This document shows, one piece after another, positions 25,068-37,600 of a stretch of 64,000 bases of DNA. The DNA is taken from the NCBI GenBank assembly GCA_002633005.1, contig NMRA01000560.1:211740-275739 (forward strand). The letters are read 5' to 3'. The notes beneath the pieces were generated by a model. It was not told the DNA's origin. It saw only the letters and a list, made by a program, of their open reading frames with translations, and made no database searches. The number at the start of each line of letters is the position of its first letter. The stretch's first letter is position 1. This stretch comes from Phoronis australis. Its lineage: Eukaryota > Animalia > Phoronida. The translations under genes were made by a program, and so were the position numbers.

Positions 25068-28000
25068 ACAAGAGCAACGCGGAGCGTTGAAATGCTCCCA
25101 CGAATGCATTGCAAATGGTGTGCTTCTAGGGTTATTTATTTGTATCATGGCGACTAGATGGCGCAAAAACATAAAATCCATCCAAAAACTGGAACATGCC
25201 ATATTTCATAAAAATCGGTCAAGGAACTTCAGAGAAACAAAGGAAAACAGAATAAAATGAGAGCGCTCGGAAGAGCGACACTTGGCGGAATTAATCGAAA
25301 AGACGACAATGAGAGCGACGACGACAATCATGACGATCTAGGCGGCAATTATGAATAAAACGATAACATGCATGTGACTAGCGAAGAAATCAAATAGAGA
25401 GCATACAATCAACTACAATAAAGAACAATAGATGGCGCAACATGACGGACGAGCCATGCTTTACAGCAGGACAGTGCTGGCTGGGTCAGTCTGGGTCAAC
25501 TAGGCATAATCAAAACAAAGTGAACTGAAAGCCAGCTGCGTGCTTGCATTGGTGACCGAAGGAACAACGGTATCCGAAAATCTCGAATAATTCAAAAAGT
25601 AGACGTCGTAGCGCAAAATGGAAAATATCTTCTGAAAGCCCGTTCTAAATTCTATCTAAAGTGGTAGTTTGGCAAAAATCAAAAAAATTTTTGAGAAAAT
25701 TGAAAATTTGCGGTTTTTTTTAAATTTAAAGTCAAATAAATCGAAAACGGTAAGTCTGAGAAATACGCTCTTGCAGTCTTTTTGAAAGGCCATACTTCAA
25801 GGAATTCACATGCAAAAATTCACGTCATTTACTCTTCCCGTTAAAAATGCGACACCAGAGCGATTGAAACCGTGTGAACATGCGCCACAGCCGCCATCTT
25901 GAGAGTGACTTCCGGTTCAATAAATTTTTATAAAAGCTTATTAAACTCAACAAACATGTGACCAGTTTGAAAGTGATTGGTTTGCAAATGCGCCCTCTAC
26001 AGGAGAAAACGTTTTTAGCCATATTTCGGGGTGCGCATGCGCCACGTCCAATATTTCCGCCATCTTTAACCGGAAGTCAACGATTCTCTGCATAATTGTA
26101 GCACATGCGTTGTAGTATATTCGTACCGATTTTCAGCCGTGTAAGTCGTAAAATGCGGCCTCTACGAGTATTTGACTGTGAAATCGGATACAAAATGGCC
26201 GCCACGTCCGCCATTTTGCATCCGATGATGACCAAAAACAATAGCGTTCCAGTACTTCCGGATCTACATGTTGTGTGCAAATTTCGTGAAAATCAGACCA
26301 AAATTGTGACCTGTAGAGAGCGAACAAACAAAAAAAATGAAAGCGCTCTGAGGAGCGAACCTTGGCGAAATTAACCAAAAGGATGACGATAAAGATGATG
26401 ACGAAGATGACGACGATGGTGGTGAGGATGAACAAAAGAAGTAATAATAACATACACATGACGAACGTAGAAGTCCGAAATCAGTAAGAAAAAGGCTAGT
26501 CTTGTGCGACACTTGGCGAAATTAACGGAAAAGACAACGACGGAGAAGATGACGACGATGATGACGAATATGATGATGGTGGTGGCGATGATGAACAACA
26601 TCACAACATTCGTATGATGAACTTAGATGTCATCAATCAATAAGAAATGGGCTTCAGTCTAGTTCAATAGAAGGTAAACCAACATCAATGCAGCAAGAGC
26701 GCTCAACAAAGGAACATTGTTATCAGAAAATCTCCAATAACTCGAAAAGTAGACGCCCTAGCGATAAAGGGAAACATCCTCTGAAAGCCCGTTCAAAATT
26801 CTATCTAAACTGATGGTATTGCCTGATTCCGTAAATTTTTCGAAAAAAATGAAATTTTGAGTTTTTTTTAAGAAATTCAGTCAAATAACTCGAAAACGGC
26901 AAGTCTGAGAAAAAATTGAAAGAACATACTTCAAAAAATCCACATGCAAAAAATCACGTCTTTTTTTCTTCCCGTTTAAAATCGCACTCCAGCACGACTG
27001 AAAATGGGTCAACATGCGCCAGATCCGCCATCTTGAAAGCAACTTCCGGTTTTTTGCCTTTGTATAATAGCAAGTTATAAGAAACTAATACCTGTAAAAA
27101 TTCGAAGAAATTGGTCTTATAATGCGCCCTCTACAGGAGAAAACGTTTCTAGGCCAAAATCGAGGTGCGCATGCGCGATCGCCGATATTTCCGCCATCTT
27201 TAACCGGAAGTGAACAATTTCCGGTATACTTGTAGAAAACTTCCGGTCCATTTACTGTGCCGATTCTTAGCCTTTTACGTAAAAAATTATAGACTCCAGA
27301 AGCATTTGAACCTTGGATCCGATTTTGACGAAAAACAATAGGCTTCCAGTACTTTTGGAAGTACGTGTTGTGTGTAAATTTCGTGATGATCGGACGAAAA
27401 TTGCGACCTGTATCGTGCGAACAAACAAAAAAAAGCTTAGTGGAAGAGCAACATACTTGGCGAAATTTATTTCGCGAAGTAAAAACTTCCTGTCAGACCA
27501 ACATACTTGGCGGAATTCTTCCGCCAAGTAATGAAATTGACACTAGTGGGCACAGTGTCCGTTCCGCCTGAAAGTGATCGTCGTCTGTTGTTATCTTCAT
27601 ATAAATACACTTTCTAAATTTAGTAAAGATCCTGCAGTGGGTTTAAGAGATACAACTATGGGCGCAAAACAAAACTACCACTATGAGGCGCCACAGTAGT
27701 CAGTCACCATCATCAAAGGTCGTCTTCACACTGAGAGCCTTTATGCCAATTTTCATATGATTTGGTTGATACAGTGGTGGACACCAAAAACAAGATTTGA
27801 AAACGCCAAAAATGGCCACTAGGTGGCAAAGTACCTTGATTCCATCCAAAAACAGGAAGATAGCATCATCACACCAATAGATGCCTATACTAAAAATTTG
27901 ATGAAGATATGTTAAGGACCTTTGAAGATACTGAGTTAAACGTAAAAAACTAAAATTGCCACTAGGGGACACAGCAGTAATCAGATCTGTCCGAAAGTCG

Positions 28001-28608
28001 TCGTCATCCGTAGTCAACACCATATTGCTAAATTAAGTAAAGATCCTGCGAGCAGTTTAGGAGATACAGCCATAGGCGCAACAAAAACAAAACTGCCACT
28101 AGGAGGCGCCACAGTAGTCGAAATCGTCGGCAAATCATCGTCAACCGTCCTCTTTATAGTAAGCACATACATGCCAATTTTCACAATCATCCTTTGAGCG
28201 GTTTGGTTGATAGAGGTGTGGACGTAAAAAACAGACTCGAAAACAGTAAAAATGGCCACTAGGTGGCGCAAACTACGTCGGATCCATCCGAAAACGGGAG
28301 GATAGCGTCATCTCACTAATAGGTGCCTACATACCAAATTTCATGAAAATCTGTTCTGGACTTTTGAAGACACAAAGGTAAGCGTAAAAAACTAAAATTG
28401 CCACTAGGGGACACACCGGTAGTCGGATCCGTCCGCAAGTTCGCTCATGCCATGCCGTCCCATTCATGAATGGACCATATGTGCCAAATTTCATGAACGT
28501 ATCTCAAAGGGTTTGGAGATAGAGCAGCGGACGCCGGACGGACGCCGCCCGGACGGGCGGAGATGACGGCATAATGCGTCCACATATAAATATGTGGGCG
28601 CATAAAAA
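25068..28608 (-). mobile_element. Helentron-associated (HINE/DINE-1-like) element, family A, interrupted by family B elements
   Basis: Same termini as 60020-62460: hairpin CAACGCGGAGCGTTG plus a subTIR at the left; GACG/CGGA microsatellite and ATGCGTCCACAT..ATGTGGGCGCAT-AAAA palindrome at the right; CCACTAGG core repeats. Confidence 0.75.
25258..27531 (-). mobile_element. Stack of family B Helentron-associated elements
   Basis: Reverse-complement homology to 53125-54563. Three hairpin+CTTGGCG(G/A)AATT ends (~25259, ~26341, ~26495) and two palindromic ACTTGGCG..CG(C)CAAGT-type ends (~27454, ~27505). Confidence 0.7.
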
Positions 28609-29316
28609 CGAGAACATATAAGAAAGGCGACTTCAATTGACATGCGTGTGACGTGTGCACGTACCCAGCGCCAGTGCGTCATAAACACGCGAGTTTCTTC
28701 AGCAAATTTGTGCTACAGCTGCGCGGCTCCCGGCCGATTTACACCCGTGGAAAGTGAAAAGAACCAAAGCATGGCCAAATACTTTGTTGACGCAACCACC
28801 ACAAACGCAAAGCATCGACATTCCTTACTACACTATACTAGTGAAGTAACCAGAAATGGGTACGTAGAAATTCTTGGCAGTATAAGGACGGGAAAACGAG
28901 AACTAATACCAGACGACTTTTCCCACTCAAAATAGCGCGTGACTAGTACTTTGATTGGTTATCCCGATCCAACGTCAGTTTGTATCGACTAATGCTCGAG
29001 GTCTACTAATTTAACACTGATGTCGTCAGATACTATTTGCCGATGTTCTAATTTGACCGTTGATCGACTGGTGAAATTGTTTTCTTAGATTTTTTGATAT
29101 GAAACTAGAGGCGCCGTGGGACGCGATCAACAGCCTAAGTACGGTGTACATCGGGCAGTGGTAATGAAAAACTCTGACCCGACAAAAAGTCACAAGAATT
29201 AAGTTACTGGTGAGTGAAAAAATTGTTATAAATACCCACATTCTTTAAGTTTCAAAATATTCTTTTATAAATGTACCCTTTTGTCGTAATGGATATCAAT
29301 ATTAAGAAGAAAGAAT

Positions 29317-29540
29317 AGGCGGATTTAGGGGGGGGGCAGGGGGCCCGCCCCCCCCCCTTGGCTGCCGCAAAAAAATAAAACAGTAAGAGCGTAGGGAAAT
29401 GTTGAGTTTATTAATTAAAACCGGTAATTAAAATTATACGGATGAAAAAAAAACCTCCTGACCTCCCCCCATTTGGTGCCATGCGCATCTACAATCGTGG
29501 TTCAGTTTGCGCAAATGCTTATAGCCGGACAATTTTCTCA
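29317..29540 (+). mobile_element. MITE fragment (GGCGGAT terminus with G/C runs)
   Basis: Homologous to 57766-57887 and 58725-58847. The latter ends with the inverted terminus AGATCCGCCACTG. Confidence 0.6.
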
Positions 29541-29989
29541 TGACCTAAGCTATCCTAATTACCCAGAGTTACCAACATTGGGGCACAAAGGTCATGATCA
29601 GTTTTGTGGTTTTGGTTGACCATTCACTTAACAATGAAGATTCACAAAATAATACATACACTATAACAAAAATACTCAGAAAGACATGCATTTAGACAGA
29701 TAAGACTAATGCAACAAAAAGTGTTGATGGATGTATGGAAACTGTTAGGCTGGAAATTAATTACAACCAGTTATAGAATGCCAAATTATTAGGTTCAAGT
29801 TTTCTTACAAAAATTCACAAGTACAACACTAACTTAAGAAGTACAATATATATCTTCGTGAGGATTTTGGCTTGTGTGCAAGAACTACAGTAACCAGCTT
29901 ATACACCTGCTCCTTTTGTATCAAGTTCTAATGATAAAAAGACAAATTTTGAGTAATTGCCCACAGCCAAAAATTGATAGATAACAAAT

Positions 29990-30958
29990 CTACCAATAAC
30001 ATTTTAAAATTGATGGTAAATATGACATTAAAATGCCTAAAAGTTGTGGGAAGACAATTCTGGTCACTCGCCAGTATTTCAATTTACAGAATATCTAAAC
30101 AAATTCACTACTTGTAAACAAATAAGATGGAATCATCTGAGAGACAAGAGTACTCTAGTCACTCCATTTTTCCTGAGCATATTTCTCGAATCTCCCATGA
30201 TAAAAGGGACGGGAAAAGTCTATAAATTAATCATTTCCAAATTGTATGTCAAACCTGTCCCAGAATTCAAGTGGGAGAGAGAAATTAACTTTTTGGGTGA
30301 TACTCGGGTCTTGGAAAAAAATTCATTCTGTAATTCATCATTGTACTTCTGATGTCAGACTCAGATGGTTTCAATTCCGTATCAGCCACAGACTCATTGG
30401 TACAAACTCTTACTTAAAGAAAATGGGCGTTAGTGAATCGTCTTTGTTTTCTTTCTATGAGGAACATGAAGAAACAATCATATTCTACATTTGTATTGTT
30501 AATGTTCACATATTCTACATTTGTATTGTTAATGTTCACATATTCTACATTTGTATTGGCAATGTTCACTTGTTCAGGATTTTTGGAGGTGTTTAAAACA
30601 TGGATGATAAATCAGTGTGGTGTCCCTCTGCAGTTAAATATGTCTACAGCTTTGTTTGAAGATCCAGCTTGTAGATTAGAAGTTGTAAATTGCAAAAGGC
30701 TAAGCCCAAATTTCAGTCATATTTACAGGACGTTTGCGACTACCACAACCTCGGAAAAATTATTTACAATTGTAAATTGCAGCCTGAGAGATTCAAGGCA
30801 AGGTGGTCTCATTTTTTGACTGGTAATTAGCTTTTATAGGGTTCAATGTTTCTAATCTGTTTGATGTACGGTACTTGATTAGATTTCATATCGCTGTGAT
30901 ATGTCCTGGTGGGTTGAATTAATAAATGTTTTATATAAAAAAATTAATAAAAAAATAA
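29990..30958 (+). pseudogene. 5'-truncated Tx1/L1-clade LINE 3' end
   Basis: RLRWFQFRISHRLIGTNSYLKKMG..EETI zf-RVT region; a 30-bp x3 tandem at ~30479-30569; AATAAA and an A-rich tail at 30921-30958. Confidence 0.75.
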
Positions 30959-31625
30959 GATCACTCGCAAGTGATAACTAAATGAAAATAACTTTAGTTA
31001 TGACTTGATGTCCATTTCATGGGATGAAGTTACGAGGAGTAATGATCCTATTGATTAGACTATGCATATTCCTGGGTTCCATTTAAATGATGATGATATT
31101 AACTAAAGATCCTTTTGGAACCAAAAAGCCGTATATGTCCAAGTAGACTGTCCATGATCTTTGTTCTAACTTGGTCTGTGGACTTGAATCTCAATAGCCT
31201 CCCGTTCCCTACACTGTCACCTAAGTAAACTTAATACACTGAAATCCTCAACAGTCTACAGAGATACTTATACATGAAAGATGGGGCAAGGCCAATTAAC
31301 AGGTTCTGACATCACTGTTTTTAGTGAATAAACACCATCCCTAAAGAGAATAAAGTATGCCATAAAATAAGGAAATCTCCATGGATAACAAATGTATTAA
31401 AGAATGCTTGTAAGAAACAAACACTTCACAAAACCCGATACTGTATGATTAAAACATTTATTTATTTTTGATATGGCTTACTGACCAAAGAGTGAGGAGG
31501 CTAGTTACAGGACTTAGAATGCAAATGAACAAGCATCACAATGCCACCTGGCAGTTGATGTTGCAACGATTAGTATACAAGACAGTCTCACTTTGAAAGA
31601 AGCATACAGTAAATTGATCCAACTC

Positions 31626-34600
31626 TTATGCATTTCTTTTGGCCATTTTTGCCGGACCAGTGCCTATTGATGTTATCTAGAAAGAAGAGAATAAAGTGAT
31701 CACCTAAGGAAAACACTTAAGCTAACATTCATGAATGAATGGTTTATCTCTTACTGACTCCATAAAGCAAAGTTTGCCACTTGTGAACAGAGAGACATTC
31801 ACAACTGTAACTATTAACCAGCTTCACTAGCATTCAGCCAGCTTGATAATGAACACTCTCATAAGAGAGAGGGGGCAACTACAATTTTCAAAGAAAAAAA
31901 TGTCCATGTTGCCTCTAGAAAAACCATGCCAATGTTTTTTGTTATGCCTGTAGGATGTCCAAATAGACCATAAAAAATTCACGCCTTTTTTGAACATGGC
32001 TATAGAATGAAGGAAACTTTTGTGGTGGTAGTTTTTTTGTTTTATATTTACTATGTTACTCAGAGATCTTAGATAAGGAATACTAATCTGAATGTAATGC
32101 AATGAAGGTCTGTATGGAAAACTAGAAAAAAAATCCTATCATAATTATCTTATTAAAGAATCCATTCCGTTTACAGTTTACAGTAATACACAGAAAACAC
32201 ACCTTATAAACAATTATTCCGAAATTCCATTCACTGAATTAAAAAGTTACCATTTCAACAAAAAACAGGCTCATGGCTTGCATTACAAGCAATGAAAATA
32301 AACTGGTTATCAAGATGAGTGATCTAAACAGTTCAAAGAAACTCACGTACAGATTTAATTTTCCTCCCGATAGTCCTTGTGGTATCTTCTAGGGAAACAT
32401 CACCAGTTAACGAGTCCTTCATAATTTCTCTTTTCCCTTCTTCATCAATCCATGGTCCTTGTACTGCACCAAGAACACAGGCATTTTTCTTTATTTCACT
32501 GTTCAGTGTTGCATCTTTACTACTGGAACTAGCGGATTTGTGAGGAACGTTCTTTGGCATAACCTGAGCCTGCCTCGGTACAAACCGGGCCACACACTGC
32601 TTGGGTGCAGAATAGTTCCGCACAACCAGTAGAGGATTCTTTTCAATGTTCGGATTCATTTCAGTCCTAACTGTTGTTTCAGTATTGTCACGAGACTTCT
32701 TGGTATTCAGTTTGAAGGGAGAATTACTTTTGCTGCAACTCTTACTACTAGTTAGTAATTTTTCAGGACATTCTGTGAGCTCTTTTTCGTTTTGTGTTCC
32801 AGGTCTTGGAAAACCAGGGAGTGAACTTCCGAAATATTCTTCTGAGTTCCTCTCCAATTTTCCAGTAGGTACAGAATAGGGCATTTCATACTGACATGAC
32901 TGCACACAGTTTACACGAGTCATCATATGTTGGTTTGACTGCGAGTCCATTACTATGGGACACTGTGGCGAGGCATTCTGGGAAGGATCCACTAAAAACT
33001 GTCCATGTTGGGGTGGCAGAATATGTTCAACATTCTCTCNTCTAGAAAGAAGAGAATAAAGTGATCACCTAAGGAAAACACTTAAGCTAACATTCATGAA
33101 TGAATGGTTTATCTCTTACTGACTCCATAAAGCAAAGTTTGCCACTTGTGAACAGAGAGACATTCACAACTGTAACTATTAACCAGCTTTACTAGCATTC
33201 AGCCAGCTTGATAATGAACACTCTCATAAGAGAGAGGGGGCAACTACAATTTTCGAAGAAAAAATGTCCATGTTGCCTCTAGAAACACCATGCCAATGTT
33301 TTTTGTTATGCCTGTAGGATGTCCAAATAGACCATAAAAAATTCACGCCTTTTTTGAACATGGCTATAGAATGAAGGAAACTTTTGTGGTGGTAGTTTTT
33401 TGTTTTATATTTACTATGTTACTCAGAGATCTTAGATAAGGAATACTAATCTGAATGTAATGCAATGAAGGTCTGTATGGAAAACTAGAAAAAAAATCCT
33501 AACATTATCTTATTAAAGAATCCATTCCGTTTACAGTTTACAGTAATACACAGAAAAAACACCTTATAAACAATTATTCCGAAATTCCATTCACTGAATT
33601 AAAAAGTTACCATTTCAACAAAAACAGGCTCATGGCTTGCATTACAAGCAATAAAAATAAACTGGTTATCAAGATGAGTGATCTAAACAGTTCAAAGAAA
33701 CTCACGTACAGATTTAATTTTCCTCCTGATAGTCCTTGTAGTATCTTCTAGGGAAACATCACCAGTTAACGAGTCCTTCATAATTTCTCTTTTCCCTTCT
33801 TCATCAATCCATGGTCCTTGTACTGCACCAAGAACACAGGCATTTTTCTTTATTTCACTGTTCAGTTTTGCATCTTTACTACTGGAACTAGCGGATTTGT
33901 GAGGAACGTTCTTTGGCATAACCTGAGTCTGCCTCGGTACAAACCGGGCCACACACTGCTTGGGTGCAGAATAGTTCCGCACAACCAGTAGAGGATTCTT
34001 TTCAATGTTCGGATTCATTTCAGTCCTAACTGTTGTTTCAGTATTGTCGCGAGACTTCTGGGTATTCAGTTTGAAGGGAGAATTACTTTTGCTGCAACTC
34101 TTACTACTAGTTAGTAATTTTTCAGGACATTCTGTGAGCTCTTTTTCGTTTTGTGTTCCAGGTCTTGCAAAACCAGGGAGTGAACTTCCGAAATATTCTT
34201 CTGAGTTCCTCTCCAATTTTCCAGTAGGTACAGAATAGGGCATTTCATACTGACATGACTGCACACAGTTTACACGAGTCATCATATGTTGGTTTGACTG
34301 AGAGTCCATTACTATGGGACTCTGTGGCGAGGCATTCTGGGAAGGATCCACTAAAAACTGTCCATGTTGGGGTGGCAGAATATGTTCAACATTCTCTCGT
34401 ATTGCACAAGACAGTCTTGACTGCAAGCCAGTAGATGGCGCTTCGTGAACCAATTGTGAAGTTGGAGTGTGTGTGCAGTCTCCTATATCAATGTTTATGG
34501 CAACAGATGGGCCTGAAGTAGAACTGTGTTTAAGTTGTTGGGAAGCTGTCCATGATGATGACGATGACGATGATGATGGTTCAAGAACTCCTGGAAAATA

Positions 34601-37600
34601 ACCAATATAAACCCTGTTAGATCTTTATTAGGTCAGTTAAATCTATATAGGTCGGTAATGGATCCTCTCTTTCACAAGTTTTGCTGAATGCACAAAATTT
34701 GTCTCTACCAGCTTCAAAGCCAGTCTTTCTGAATTTCTCATTTGAATTCTGTCAACTGGTGACAGTGCCTGTAGACATTGTCTCAAGGGCAGTCACATTA
34801 TGATCTCATAGACACAAATAAACATACTAAGATGTACATATATTCATATGATCAAACCACGGAAGTTTCACCATCCTAGACAATCAAATGTAAAAATAAA
34901 ACTCTTGTGCCTTTTCAACAAGAAATCAAATTACACACAGTGAGAGTTTATACTACACAATGAACAAAGTCAAAAGCTCGACGTAAGCAGATTACACGAG
35001 AGACACCTATGGGGGAATAACAATTTTTTGTACAAAGATAAAATTCTATGGAGACCTCAGAAATAATAGATGGAGATTCAAATTTAATTATAAGAGCCTC
35101 AAAATTTTTCAGTCGGTGTACAAGTCGCAAAGTAGTGAATGCTTACTTTAGCCATACGTTCAACACATCTGATTTTGCCACCATTGAAGTAAGTGGTCTT
35201 TAATGGACCCGTTTTGTATATGAAAAAATAATGTACACCACAAGGAACAAGTGGTATGTCGAACATGATATAGGATATTGGTGCGGAAATGAAAGCATTT
35301 GTCATGAGGGTACATACAACAAGGATCTCAGTTTTCATATTCTCGTAGAAAATAACTAGGGATACTCTATCATTAGGGAATCAGTATGCTTCAGGGTCCA
35401 CTCATCAAGGCAATGAAATTGGTTTTGAAAAAAAAATGCTTCTTGACTTGACTTGGTTCCCCAATAACAGGATCTTGACGCATCCTATCTATACAAATTT
35501 CTCTACATTATCATCAATAAATTTGTTGGAGTTGTAACGGGGGCGGTATCTACGACCAAGGCGCCCGGATTTTACGAGCCCGGTGCGGACTGAGGGTGAT
35601 GTTGAAAACTAAAAGTTGGTGAATAATACATAGGTTTATTGTAAGNTGTACAAAGATAAAATTCTATGGAGACCTCAGAAATAATAGATGGAGATTCAAA
35701 TTTAATTATAAGAGCCTCAAAAATTTTCAGTCGGTGTACAAGTCGCAAAGTAGTGAATGCTTACTTTAGCCATACGTTCAACACATCTGATTTTGCCACC
35801 ATTGAAGTAAGTGGTCTTTAATGGACCCGTTTTGTATATGAAAAAATAATGTACACCACAAGGAACAAGTGTCCAACATGATATACGGTAGGATATTGGT
35901 GCGGAAATGAAAGCATTTGTCATGAGGGTACATACAACAAGGATCTCAGTTTTCATATTCTCGTAGAAAATAACTAGGGATACTCTATCATTAGGGAATC
36001 AGTATGCTTCAGGGTCCACTCATCAAGGCAATGACATTGGTTTTGAAAAAAAAAATGCTTCTTGACTTGGCTTGGTTCCCCAATAACAGGATCTTGACGC
36101 ATCCTATCTATACAAATTTCTCTACATTATCATCAATAAATTTGTTGGAGTATTCATTATCAACCATAATTAGTTTGATGCGACAACACTTAGTAACAAA
36201 GAGATCCCCAGCAGAGCATACAGAATGACCTCTCAGTAGATTATCGATCACAAATCTCTCTGGGATACAAATATTACAAGCAGCTCATGCAGTATTCTAT
36301 GTGAAAATGTAGGGGGTCCTACTGTTTGGGTGGTCCTACTGTTTGGGTGGTCCTACTGTTTGGGTGGTCATGAACAAACAATATTATAAGGTCTAAACCC
36401 TTGCGCTAAGAACCAGACAACTTATGAAGAAGACTGCCCTTGACAGCACCACACACCAAATGATGTTTATTGCTATCCAAAATGGCTACAAGGAGGCACA
36501 GAATATATATAATGGAACTTGTCCGAAAATGGAATGGCCTAGTCAACTTCACAACAGAAACCTGTTTATATAATTTCGAGAAAATCTGTCTAGGAACTTT
36601 GAAGATGAGGCAAACATAAAAAATAGAATTACAACCAAAGAAGTTTTCATCTGTGCTGTGTTCATGGGAATCTACTAGTCACATTTCACAAAGGTTCTGA
36701 AAGGACTTTAGGAGACAGAATTGTGGAAGTAAAACATTATAACCAAGAAGTGCCACACTAGTCTGACACATCTAAAAAATAAATGTCAGTGCGCTGTTGT
36801 CATTTGTGAAACATTTTTCTGCATGATTATTTGTGGAGCTTGGCTGATCAAGAGCTTTACGCCAGAACAGACTACAAACTAAAAAAGATTAGTCACGGTG
36901 TGACAATAATGGACTCTGCGCGTGCGTATTACTGGTATTGTTATGGGAAGTTATTGACTGCAACCTGTTTACCGATATGAAAAGGATTTCTTTAAAATTG
37001 TAGAAGAAATTACATGTTAATATTTTGATGACCTTTCCAATAATTGACCTCTTCCGGTGAATTACGAATCCTGATCAGAGAATAATTGTAAACTCGATTT
37101 AAAGTGTGGTTAACGCTAAGAATAACAGATGTTTTACTTTAAGCGCTTCACAATACAAGATGAATGAATTGGTCAAACTTTCACAAGAAAAATGCACCTA
37201 ATGACCCCATGGGCGCACCAAATGACCCGAAAATTTAGAATTCAAACTCAATCGCATATAGTAAACAGATATGTAATATTGAAGTCTCCAGCTCAAAATT
37301 TTAGTTTGCATTCAATGACCTTTGACCTATTTTTTCTGATTGGTTAGGCCTAATGCATAGTAAATCCTTTGACCTATTTTTTCTGATTGGTTAGGCCTAA
37401 TGCATAGTAAAACCTTTGACCTATTTTTTCTGATTGGTTAGGCCTATTGCGTAGTAAAGTAGGGTGTTCAATGGGTATGTTGACTTACCCCAGTGTGCTG
37501 AAATTGAAAAGAATTCCTTGAAAAACGTGAGATATTACATTATGAACGTTAGATGACATTTGCACTAATTGACCCTATCCGGTGCATTATAAGCGTGTTG

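Noticed and set aside
31676-34398. Duplicated RBM48 exon suggesting mutually exclusive splicing
   Set aside because: Exon and intron are duplicated together at very high identity around N 33040, which points to an assembly artefact.
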